54,411 nucleotides of DNA from an uncultured Methanosarcinales archaeon (lineage in GTDB: Archaea; Nanobdellota; Nanobdellia; Woesearchaeales; GW2011-AR15): contig CAZHYZ010000003.1 of assembly GCA_964537195.1 (NCBI GenBank), positions 1,355-55,765 of the forward strand, written 5' to 3'. The translations under genes were made by a program, and so were the position numbers. Under the pieces are notes generated by a model that saw only the letters and a list, made by a program, of their open reading frames with translations, searched no databases and was not told the origin of the DNA. Shown piece by piece: positions 1 to 7,807 of this stretch. Positions within the stretch are counted from its first letter, which is position 1. Each line of letters begins with the position of its first letter.

Positions 1-12
1 TTTTCTAAAACT

Positions 13-26
13 GAAAAATATATAAA
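13..26 (+). promoter_or_regulatory. Archaeal BRE/TATA promoter of radC (probably leaderless mRNA)
   Basis: GAAAAATATATAAA lies ~25 nt before the ATG at 51. The same motif recurs on the minus strand near 33570-33582 and 48689-48702. Confidence 0.55.
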
Positions 27-50
27 TCAGTTAAGTAATATATTATTAAA

Positions 51-734
51 ATGAGTTTAAAGATAAAAGACATACCAAAAGAAGAAAGACCAAGAGAACG
101 CCTTAGAAAGTACAATGCAAATTCATTAAGTAATTCTGAATTATTAGCAATAATCGTCGGCAAAGGTTATAGAAATAAAAATGCATTAGAATTAGCCACA
201 CATATTCTAAAAGAGAATAATTTACAAGAATTAAGTCAATCAAGTGTTGGTTCTCTCAGCCAAGTCCCTGGCATTGGAAAAGCAAAGGCCTCACAAATAA
301 TTGCGTGCTTTGAATTAGGAAGGCGTTTGTCCTCATTTAAAATTGATATAAATCCTGAAATAACCTGTGCAGAAGATGTCTATGTTTTACTAGGTCCAAG
401 TCTTGAATTAAGAAAAAGAGAACACTTGGTTGGTTTATTCTTAGATACAAGAAAAAAATTAATCAAAAAAGAAACAATATTCATTGGAACTCTTGACACA
501 TCGATAATTCATCCAAGAGAAATTCTGAAAATTGCAATAAGAGAGTCTTCTGCAGCCATTATAATAGTACATAATCATCCTTCTGGAGATCCAAGTCCCA
601 GCCAAGAAGATATTGAAATAACACAACAAATTGTAAAAGCAGGGGACTTAGTTGGAATCCCGGTATTAGATCATGTAATTATTGGTAGTACTAATTTCGT
701 AAGTTTAAGAAAAGAAATAAGTGGAATTTTCTAG
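51..734 (+). CDS. radC: RadC family protein (HhH + JAB/MPN+ domain)
   Basis: N-terminal ERPRERL...LSNSELLAII, HhH GIGKAKA and MPN+ motif HNHPSGDPSPSQED...VLDHVIIG. Confidence 0.93.
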   Translation: MSLKIKDIPKEERPRERLRKYNANSLSNSELLAIIVGKGYRNKNALELATHILKENNLQELSQSSVGSLSQVPGIGKAKASQIIACFELGRRLSSFKIDINPEITCAEDVYVLLGPSLELRKREHLVGLFLDTRKKLIKKETIFIGTLDTSIIHPREILKIAIRESSAAIIIVHNHPSGDPSPSQEDIEITQQIVKAGDLVGIPVLDHVIIGSTNFVSLRKEISGIF

Positions 735-1435
735 GCTTTTTCAGCCTTATCCACTAATTTTTTAGCTTGTTTCTCAGACAGATCTGTTTCTTTAGCCAAT
801 TCTTTAGGGTCTGTTTCCGCTAATTCCTCAGCATTTTTTACTCCAGCTTCTTTTAACTCCTCTGCTGTTTTAGGACCAATACCTTTAACCTCTTTCAAAG
901 GAGTTTCTTCTTTTTCTTCCTTTTTTTCCTTCTTATCCTCTGTTTTCTCTTCCTTCTTTGGCTCTTCTTCTTTTTTCTCTTCGGGTTTGTCTTCCTTCTT
1001 TTCTTCAGGTTTCTTTTCTTCTTTAGGAGCTTCCTTGGGCTCTTCTTTTTCTTCTTCTGCTTCGGGTTCTTCTCCTAGTGATTTTTTACCAAGCTTTAGA
1101 ATCTTCATAGAAATCTGTGTTATTCTCTCATGAATTGTATTACCACACACAGTTCTTCTTAACCTTATACCTTTACGCTTGTTTCTTGTACCTACTCCTT
1201 CAGAGATAAGAATTTTTTTTCTAACAGGACCTTCCACATCTCGTCTCATTGGAAAACCACAATAATCAGCACCGCCAGTAATCTCAAATTCATATCCTTT
1301 ATAATCAAATAATTCTCCTTTTACTTTGTCTCCTATTTTCTTTCCAATAAAGGGTTGAGCATTATCTTCTGTAACAACAATCTGATAAGACTTACCTGTC
1401 TTTGGATCTCCTATAACTAATTTAAATTCTGCCAT
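731..1435 (-). CDS. rps6e: 30S ribosomal protein S6e with E/K-rich linker and C-terminal HhH domain
   Basis: MAEFKLVIGDPKTGKSY...ITGGADYCGFPMRRDV...RRTVCGN is archaeal eS6. The tail TPLKEVKGIGPKTAEELKEAG is a helix-hairpin-helix. SD-like AAGGTGA upstream. Confidence 0.95.
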   Translation of the reverse strand: MAEFKLVIGDPKTGKSYQIVVTEDNAQPFIGKKIGDKVKGELFDYKGYEFEITGGADYCGFPMRRDVEGPVRKKILISEGVGTRNKRKGIRLRRTVCGNTIHERITQISMKILKLGKKSLGEEPEAEEEKEEPKEAPKEEKKPEEKKEDKPEEKKEEEPKKEEKTEDKKEKKEEKEETPLKEVKGIGPKTAEELKEAGVKNAEELAETDPKELAKETDLSEKQAKKLVDKAEKA

Positions 1436-1459
1436 ATTATTTTCACCTTTGTATTATAA

Positions 1460-1515
1460 CTGAGAACTTGATTTAAGTTCCTTGTTTGGAATCAACCCAA
1501 GGATATTATCCTCAG
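1460..1515 (-). promoter_or_regulatory. Candidate structured 5' leader of rps6e (three-way junction)
   Basis: On the minus strand CUGAG/CUCAG closes two hairpins, CCUUG..CAAGG and AACUU..AAGUU. It lies just downstream of a TATA-like TTTTAAAT (~1538-1546). Confidence 0.45.
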
Positions 1516-1615
1516 CAACTAAATGAATTTTATAGTGATTTAAAAAGTTTGTTCTTTTTCTCTGTAGGAAGCAAAATTTTATAAACATCTCGTTTTTTCA
1601 ACCTATAGAGAAATG

Positions 1616-1659
1616 TGGGACTTAGCTTTACAGCTCTGCTGGAGGTGGCCTGAATCTCA
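1616..1659 (+). promoter_or_regulatory. Candidate structured 5' leader of rpl15e (eL15 leader-like)
   Basis: Long hairpin UGGGA-C-UUAG-CUUU-A-CAGC-UCU-GCUG-GAGG-UGGC-CUGA-A-UCUCA between the TATA box (TTTTATAAA ~1577-1585) and the SD AAGGTGA. Confidence 0.5.
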
Positions 1660-1672
1660 AAAGGTGAAATCA

Positions 1673-2245
1673 ATGGGAATGTACAAATATATCAAAGATT
1701 TATGGAAAAATCCAAAAAAGAATATGTCTGAGTTATGGAGAGCTCGTTTAATAAAATGGAGACGTGAACCTGTAACTGTTAGAATAGAAAAACCAACTCG
1801 TTTAGATAAAGCACGAGAGCTTGGCTATAAAGCAATAAATGGAATCTTTGTTGTCAGACAAAGAGTTAACAGGGGAGGACGTAAAAGACCAAAAAGAAAA
1901 AAGGCTAGACGTCCTAAAACAAGTAGAAGGAAAAAGATAGTAGCAAAAAATTATCAAAGAGTAGCAGAAGAAAGAGCAAATAAAAAATATAAGAATTGTG
2001 AAGTCCTTAACTCATATTGGGTAGCAGAAGACGGAAAACATAAATGGTTTGAAATCATTCTTGTTGATAAGGAACATCCAGAAGTTAAATCCCGTGATTC
2101 ACTTAAATGGATTTCAAAGAGTAGTGGAAGAGTTTTCAGAGGAAAAACTTCCTCAGGAAAAAAATCGCGGGGATTGAGAACTAAAGGAAAAGGCGCAGAA
2201 AAGATAAGACCAAGTTCCAGAGCTAACAAGAGAAGAAACAATTAG
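1673..2245 (+). CDS. rpl15e: 50S ribosomal protein L15e
   Basis: MGMYKYI...WRREP...[18 protein letters not shown]...[23 protein letters not shown]. Start moved to ATG 1673, which follows SD AAGGTGA. Confidence 0.96.
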   Translation: MGMYKYIKDLWKNPKKNMSELWRARLIKWRREPVTVRIEKPTRLDKARELGYKAINGIFVVRQRVNRGGRKRPKRKKARRPKTSRRKKIVAKNYQRVAEERANKKYKNCEVLNSYWVAEDGKHKWFEIILVDKEHPEVKSRDSLKWISKSSGRVFRGKTSSGKKSRGLRTKGKGAEKIRPSSRANKRRNN

Positions 2246-2250
2246 ATTCA

Positions 2251-2388
2251 GGGCCCGTGGTCTAGTGGCTAAATCTATAAGATTCCATAAATGACGTTGC
2301 CCTTACACGCGCTAAAATCGAAAGATTCGCTGGTTCACAGCAGCGCTGTGAAAGGCAAATATCACCAGTTCAAATCTGGTCGGGCCCA
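2251..2388 (+). tRNA. tRNA-Val(TAC) with two introns (2271-2290 in the D-loop; 2308-2352 at 37/38)
   Basis: Acceptor GGGCCCG/CGGGCCC+A, D-stem GTCT/TGAC, anticodon stem TTGCC/GGCAA with CT-TAC-A, T-arm ACCAG-TTCAAAT-CTGGT. Both insertions fold as bulge-helix-bulge motifs. CCA is not encoded. Confidence 0.92.
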
Positions 2389-2543
2389 TTCATTTTCTAT
2401 AAAAAAAGATAAGTTTATATAGAAGTTATGATATTGAACGAGGCAGGAAATAAGTGGTTGGGAAATGGATAAAAAATATTCTCTAAAAACTATTCAGAAT
2501 AGACAATCATCTATAACTCTAAACAAGAAGGAGGTAATGCAAG

Positions 2544-2633
2544 ATGGTTTATTATGATGATGATGAAGATTACGAAGAAGAAGACTATGACGATGATGAT
2601 GACGATGATGATGACGATGATGAAGATTGGTAA
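2544..2633 (+). CDS. 29-aa highly acidic micro-protein (MVYYDDDEDYEEEDYDDDDDDDDDDDEDW)
   Basis: Strong SD GGAGGT 8 nt upstream. Mixed GAT/GAC/GAA codons stay in frame, with an AT-rich run after the stop. Too short for the ORF track. Confidence 0.6.
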   Translation: MVYYDDDEDYEEEDYDDDDDDDDDDDEDW

Positions 2634-2753
2634 TTAAATATCTCATTTATTTCTTTATTTTTTATTATATTTCTCTCTAGACATAGAAAAGATTAAAAAC
2701 AATAAAAACATTCGATATATTTATATACCAGTATACAGAATTATACTATTACG

Positions 2754-3521
2754 ATGATAGAAGCGACTACAAAATCTCATGACGAAATTTTTAACATTCT
2801 TTTCAATAAAGATGAAATTACTTGGCAAAGCATGATTTATGAACTAGTTAGTTCTGAGAAAATGGATCCTTGGAACATAGATGTATCGCTATTATCAAAG
2901 AGATTCTTAGAAAGATTAAAGGAATATAAAGAGATGGATCTAAAAATCTCTGGTAAAGTACTCTTAGCAGCAGCTATTTTATTAAGAGTAAAATCATACA
3001 GGTTTATAGAAGAGGATGTTAATGCATTAGATGCTCTAATAGCATCTGTAAATGCTCCTCAGGAAGAGGAGTTCTTTGATGAATTACTTGAATATGAAGA
3101 ATATGACACTCATGAAGTTGAAGAGAAACCAGAAATATTTCCAAGAACACCACAACCAAGAAAAAGAAAAGTTTCTGTGTTTGATCTTGTCAATGCTCTT
3201 GAACAGGCACTAGAAGTATATCAAAGAAGACCAAAAAAGATTGATAAAAGACCTGAAGTAAAAGTCCCTGAAAAAAAGAGGGATATAAGCCTTGTTATTA
3301 AAGATGTTTATAAGAAAATTATGGACTTTTTTGACACTACAAAAAAACAAAGCAAAGAACTAACTTTCAATATATTACTACCTAAAGAAACAAAAGAGGA
3401 TAAAGTGTTTACTTTTATCCCCCTGCTTCATTTAGATAACCAGAGAAGAATTGACTTATTGCAGAAAAATCATTTTGGAGAGATAAAAATAGATCTTCTT
3501 AAAAAGACAAATAAAATATAA
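2754..3521 (+). CDS. scpA: Segregation/condensation protein A (SMC kleisin)
   Basis: MDPWNIDV...DLKISGKVLLAAAILLRVKS N-terminal kleisin motif and C-terminal TFIPLLHL...IDLLQKNHFGEI winged helix. Confidence 0.9.
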   Translation: MIEATTKSHDEIFNILFNKDEITWQSMIYELVSSEKMDPWNIDVSLLSKRFLERLKEYKEMDLKISGKVLLAAAILLRVKSYRFIEEDVNALDALIASVNAPQEEEFFDELLEYEEYDTHEVEEKPEIFPRTPQPRKRKVSVFDLVNALEQALEVYQRRPKKIDKRPEVKVPEKKRDISLVIKDVYKKIMDFFDTTKKQSKELTFNILLPKETKEDKVFTFIPLLHLDNQRRIDLLQKNHFGEIKIDLLKKTNKI

Positions 3522-3529
3522 GAAAAAGA

Positions 3530-4285
3530 TTAACTTAATTCTAAATAGAAATAATAAGTTAATGCTGGGTTACTCTGTTGATCATCTTCTGGAACAATTG
3601 CCTGGAAATCATATGTTGTTCCGGGTGTCCCATCATCTCTGTAGCCAGAAACATCGTTCTCAACAAAAGTAGTATAGATCATTGATGTTGTATCACTATC
3701 CCACAACAATACTTCTGTAAAGGGCTGTGTGGTTGATGGTGTTTGCTGAGTATTGTTAACCCATGTAGCTGTAGAGAAACAAGTGTTCTGTCCAATATTA
3801 GTTGAACCTATATCAAATTGTTTATGCGCTACTGATGAAAAAGTCTTGTTGACACTGTCTTCTGAATCAGTATCACGACCAAGATCTCCATCCTCAGTAT
3901 CCTTATTACCTGGAGTAGCACAGGAAACACTACCCCAGTCAATAGTATCATTCCTGGTTATATAAACTTGACCAGAAAATGAAGTTAACTGCCATTGGTA
4001 TATTGAGTAGTCATCAGCATCATCTAAAACGAAAGTTGAGGAAACATTTCCTACATAAGCTTTCCATTTATAGTCCTGCTGCTCTGAGGTTAATTCTATG
4101 GTGTGGATATAACCTTTTTGATCCCCTTCTCTTTCTCCGGGAGCATCTGCCCCCTTAGTAGAGTTAGACAGATAATCAATGCTAGCTCCTGTTTGTTGAC
4201 CTTCTACTAAACCTATGTTAAATAAGAACAGCAAACAGACTGCTATTGCAAATATTCCTCTGTATCGATCTCTTCTATTCATCAT
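3530..4285 (-). CDS. Secreted family-A protein, subtype A2
   Basis: Signal peptide, KWKAYVGNVS...DYSIYQW...GQVYITRN...YDFQAIVPE...YYFYLELS. The ORF is open from 4297, but ATG 4285 is the likelier start. Confidence 0.85.
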   Translation of the reverse strand: MMNRRDRYRGIFAIAVCLLFLFNIGLVEGQQTGASIDYLSNSTKGADAPGEREGDQKGYIHTIELTSEQQDYKWKAYVGNVSSTFVLDDADDYSIYQWQLTSFSGQVYITRNDTIDWGSVSCATPGNKDTEDGDLGRDTDSEDSVNKTFSSVAHKQFDIGSTNIGQNTCFSTATWVNNTQQTPSTTQPFTEVLLWDSDTTSMIYTTFVENDVSGYRDDGTPGTTYDFQAIVPEDDQQSNPALTYYFYLELS

Positions 4286-4340
4286 TATCCACACCAATCC
4301 TTTTTTTCCTCCGTTTTATTTTCCATTATTTATCTTACTT

Positions 4341-5039
4341 TTAATTCAGCTCCACATAAAAGTAGTATTGTGCTGTTCCTGCTGATTTATCTACTGGAAC
4401 TAATATCTCAAAGTCTACTGTTGTATCATCAAACGCATTACTGTTTTCAGCAAGCACTGCTGTATAAACAACATTGGTTGCATCACTGTTTAGCAAGACA
4501 TTCCAAAATTCTCCTGATTCCTCAGTACTATTGTAAGGTCTTGTAGACGGACATCCTAACATTGTATTTGTACCTACATCAAAACTTGGATGTGCAGTAC
4601 TGCTATATGTCTCATTTATACCGTCTGTTGCTGTACTTTCAATATTCAATGTAGATTCTTCATTTTCCCAATGTGTACTGTTTGTACAGTTTATTGTAGA
4701 CCAATCAGACACACTAGCTCTGGTTGCATAAACTTCTCCTGTCAACTCTGTTGCTGACCAATCGTAGAAGTTTTCACCAGCACTATTCTCCAAGACTATT
4801 GTCCCGGAAACATTACCATAGAAACCTTGCCAGATTTCTGTGATACGTGTCTGGTCTATGTTCAACTGGGTTACGTTCCCAGCCTGTGCATCCTGTTGTG
4901 TTGCTGTTGGGTCTGTACCTCTGCTTGACTCTCCCCGAGTCAATGAAGCTCCTTGCGGATCTGGTGCGCCCATAACTACTGCTATAAACAGTATTGACAA
5001 CACGAACAACACAGTTAAAATCATATTTGTTTTTTTCAC
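4341..5039 (-). CDS. Secreted family-A protein, subtype A1
   Basis: GTG start after SD AGGAGG, signal peptide, AQAGNVTQL...WQGFYGNVSG...YDW...GEVYA...DFEILVP...YYFYVELN. Confidence 0.85.
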   Translation of the reverse strand: MKKTNMILTVLFVLSILFIAVVMGAPDPQGASLTRGESSRGTDPTATQQDAQAGNVTQLNIDQTRITEIWQGFYGNVSGTIVLENSAGENFYDWSATELTGEVYATRASVSDWSTINCTNSTHWENEESTLNIESTATDGINETYSSTAHPSFDVGTNTMLGCPSTRPYNSTEESGEFWNVLLNSDATNVVYTAVLAENSNAFDDTTVDFEILVPVDKSAGTAQYYFYVELN

Positions 5040-5146
5040 ATATATCCCCTCCTTGTTGCTGCTATACTAATAGCTTTAAGTTGGCTGAATGCTAATCTCT
5101 CAATTGATTCAACCGTAAACATTTTGTGTATTGCCCTATCTCTCAT
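5036..5146 (-). CDS. Possible 36-aa ORF (MRDRAIHKMFTVESIERLAFSQLKAISIAATRRGYM)
   Basis: Overlaps the upstream stop (ATGA) and the downstream start (GTGA), with SD-like GAGGTG upstream. No recognisable family. Confidence 0.35.
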   Translation of the reverse strand: MRDRAIHKMFTVESIERLAFSQLKAISIAATRRGYM

Positions 5147-5718
5147 ACTCGCACCTCTGTTTTATTATAGAGAATTATCCAATCATCCCGGATATCAAAC
5201 TCTTCAATTGTTGTTATGTTAAAACTCACTTTTTTCAAAGAAATCGCTTTTTTTACTGTTTCAATGTATTTTTTATCTGTCACTGCAATATTAACATCAA
5301 GTTTATTCCCTGATTTCACTGCTAATACTATAATTTTATCCAGATGATCTTGTAAAACAAAGTAAAGTTCTGCAACTGATGAATGATAATCTTTATTAGG
5401 TAAAAACCATGAACTTAAGATGAATTTATGATATGTTCCAAGAGAAAACTGCATTTTATCTGCATAATGGGGGGAGGTGAGTATCAAATAAGCATTATTT
5501 TTTGTTAATGAGTAAATAATCCTGGGTTTTCCCTTTTCAACATTTGAAGTACGCTCACTTTCAACTAACCCTGCTAACTCGAGCAAGCGTAATTGTTGAC
5601 TAACATTGGCAGAAGTTGTGTTTATCTTTTCAGCAATCTCCATGGGAGACAGACTCTCACGAGAAAGTTCCTTTATTATCTCCCATCGAGTTCCGCTGTA
5701 TAAAGTTTCTAATTCCAT
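5143..5718 (-). CDS. ArsR-like winged-helix transcription regulator
   Basis: TRWEIIKEL...SPMEIAEKINTTSANVSQQLRLLELAGLV...GKPRIIYSL. Confidence 0.82.
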   Translation of the reverse strand: MELETLYSGTRWEIIKELSRESLSPMEIAEKINTTSANVSQQLRLLELAGLVESERTSNVEKGKPRIIYSLTKNNAYLILTSPHYADKMQFSLGTYHKFILSSWFLPNKDYHSSVAELYFVLQDHLDKIIVLAVKSGNKLDVNIAVTDKKYIETVKKAISLKKVSFNITTIEEFDIRDDWIILYNKTEVRV

Positions 5719-6061
5719 TTCCTCTTATTTCCCCAAGATTTACCCAAACTCCAACACTGGTACGGGGTTTGTTAATTTGACCCCATCAGTATACACTTTT
5801 GTATGTTAAGTATATTTAGAACACAACTAGTATTTAAATATTTCGTTTTTTTAATTATATTAGTATATTAATTTATTATAATGATTAATTAATAGAATTA
5901 ATTTTTTTTTTATTTTCAATTTATATCTTATTTCTATCATTAAATTTTATTATTTATATATTTTTTTCTTTTTTGTTTTTGTTTTTTTTATTAATAACAC
6001 TATTTAATTAACTTATTAATTATTAAATAAATCATCCAGGAAATAAAAAAAAATAGAAAAA

Positions 6062-7807
6062 TTAGCTTGGCAAAGCAGTAAAAATTACTTTCCCATTACA
6101 AGTTCCAAAGGTTCTTAAAGGTATCTGAAGTTTCCAAAAAAGTTGTTTTGATGATACAGAACCTGTACTTTTTGACACATTTAAATCAATATAAACAGCA
6201 TTGTCAGAGTTATTAACAGGTGTCATCAAGTTATAATTTGTATATTTTTCTGTGGAAAAACGTTCGTATTCAAACGAGATATTATTCTGAGTACAATCCA
6301 TAGATAAATTATCATCCTGAAACTGTGCATAAGCAAACAAGTTAATATCAAGTTCAATATTGCCCCAATTTGTAATATTTATTGGTATATCTATAGGTGA
6401 AATTTGTAATATCTCTAAATCTCCATAGTCAATTATGTTTGGAGTAATACCTATAGCCAGCAAATCATTAACTTTAGTTGATATTTGTGAGCTATTTGTA
6501 GAATTAATTATGTCTGTGGCAGAAACATTACAATACCATGTCCCATTATTTGAGAAATACTCCATATCAAAACTGCAACTAAAGTCTATATTATCTCCTA
6601 ATGAATTATAAGTTCTACAACTCGTATTAGAATAGTGTGTATTTGGATTATCATCAGTATCTGAAGTGCTACTCTGAAAAAAAAGAGTAGCATTTACTAT
6701 TGAAATATCAGCATAACCGTCTCCATCAGTAACAGTACCATTACAAAACACCCTTTTTGTTGATGCTGCTATTAGGTTAACTGGATCCTCTACCTCAAGA
6801 CCAGTTATAAAAGGGAAATCATTTAAATTAAGATTAAAAAAGCCCTCACTAACCAGATTTTTATTGGGTGTATCATCAATACAAATTATCTCCCAAGAAT
6901 TATTCTTCTGTGTAAGTTTTTGTGTAAAATTCAATATTACTCCTCTTGTTGGATTATCTGTAACATTAACTAATACACTATTTAAAGTGAGACTACAATT
7001 TTTTATGGGTGAGCCATCTGTCACATTATAATAAAAAGTTACAGGATTATTAACGCGTGTATTATTCTCAGGAGAGATAATATCTATTACTGGAGGTGAA
7101 TTATCTAAACTAGATATATTATAAATAATATCTCTATTAGATTCCTCAAAACTAAAACCATCTGACCCACATGCTGCTATAACAGAGATGTTTGTAGAAC
7201 CAGTACCGAACCCAGATAAATTCCATGATTCTGTTATTGTTGTTCCCCTATTTATATTGCCTATATAATGGGTAGCCGTATCATCATCAAATGCTAAGAC
7301 TCCAGGAGTACTAAATGAAATTGTGGCATTGCAATTAATCCCATTATTTCCGACTATTGTTATGTTGACAGTTAAATTAAATTTATCTTCAGAATTATAT
7401 GCTGTATCATTTTGGGGAGATATTATATTTACTATTGCCTCACTGTCTCTTGAAATATTAAGAGAAACATCTATGGTTACACTGGTTAGACCCATTATTC
7501 CATATTTATAGCCCCAATCTGTTTCATTCCATGCCCTTACATATATAATGTCTCCAGAACTAGAATTCAAGACTGAAGAATATGCCCCAGAATTTCCGGG
7601 AGGACCATATGTTTCTGAAGTTGTTGTTATAGATAGATTAGTGTCATTAATGAAAACAGAAATACCTGACTCCATCTGTGTACTAGAATCTCTAGCAAAG
7701 ATTGTACCTCTAACAGTCTTTGTTTCGGGAGGAGGGGCCCCGGCAAATTGAATTGCCAGGACCGTGATTCCCAAAATAAGTATTAAGTTTAGTAACCTCT
7801 TTTTCAT
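6062..7807 (-). CDS. Secreted mosaic protein: passenger modules plus C-terminal family-B module
   Basis: Signal peptide. The N-half is homologous to the middle of the 823-aa protein (GAYS...VRAWNxT...SExxVxII). The C-terminal ~250 aa match family B (NNGTWYCNV, IDYGDL, WKLQIP, CNGKVIFTA). Confidence 0.85.
   Translation of the reverse strand: MKKRLLNLILILGITVLAIQFAGAPPPETKTVRGTIFARDSSTQMESGISVFINDTNLSITTTSETYGPPGNSGAYSSVLNSSSGDIIYVRAWNETDWGYKYGIMGLTSVTIDVSLNISRDSEAIVNIISPQNDTAYNSEDKFNLTVNITIVGNNGINCNATISFSTPGVLAFDDDTATHYIGNINRGTTITESWNLSGFGTGSTNISVIAACGSDGFSFEESNRDIIYNISSLDNSPPVIDIISPENNTRVNNPVTFYYNVTDGSPIKNCSLTLNSVLVNVTDNPTRGVILNFTQKLTQKNNSWEIICIDDTPNKNLVSEGFFNLNLNDFPFITGLEVEDPVNLIAASTKRVFCNGTVTDGDGYADISIVNATLFFQSSTSDTDDNPNTHYSNTSCRTYNSLGDNIDFSCSFDMEYFSNNGTWYCNVSATDIINSTNSSQISTKVNDLLAIGITPNIIDYGDLEILQISPIDIPINITNWGNIELDINLFAYAQFQDDNLSMDCTQNNISFEYERFSTEKYTNYNLMTPVNNSDNAVYIDLNVSKSTGSVSSKQLFWKLQIPLRTFGTCNGKVIFTALPS

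Noticed and set aside
1613..1672. N-terminal extension of L15e given by the ORF track
   Set aside because: Homology starts at MGMYKY, the SD precedes 1673, and the extension overlaps the predicted RNA leader.
1954..2241. 95-aa minus-strand ORF
   Set aside because: Antisense shadow of rpl15e.
2553..2627. (GAT)n microsatellite as a non-coding repeat
   Set aside because: Better explained as a coding acidic peptide, given the SD, start, synonymous variation and stop.
2251..3521. tRNA as the integration site of a genomic island or provirus
   Set aside because: No integrase, no duplicated tRNA 3' end in the window, and the next gene is housekeeping scpA.
5820..6061. Very AT-rich intergenic tract as a possible replication origin
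   Set aside because: No ORB-like repeats or cdc6/orc1 gene. Similar tracts at 44500-44630 and 47560-47730 are simply terminator/promoter regions.
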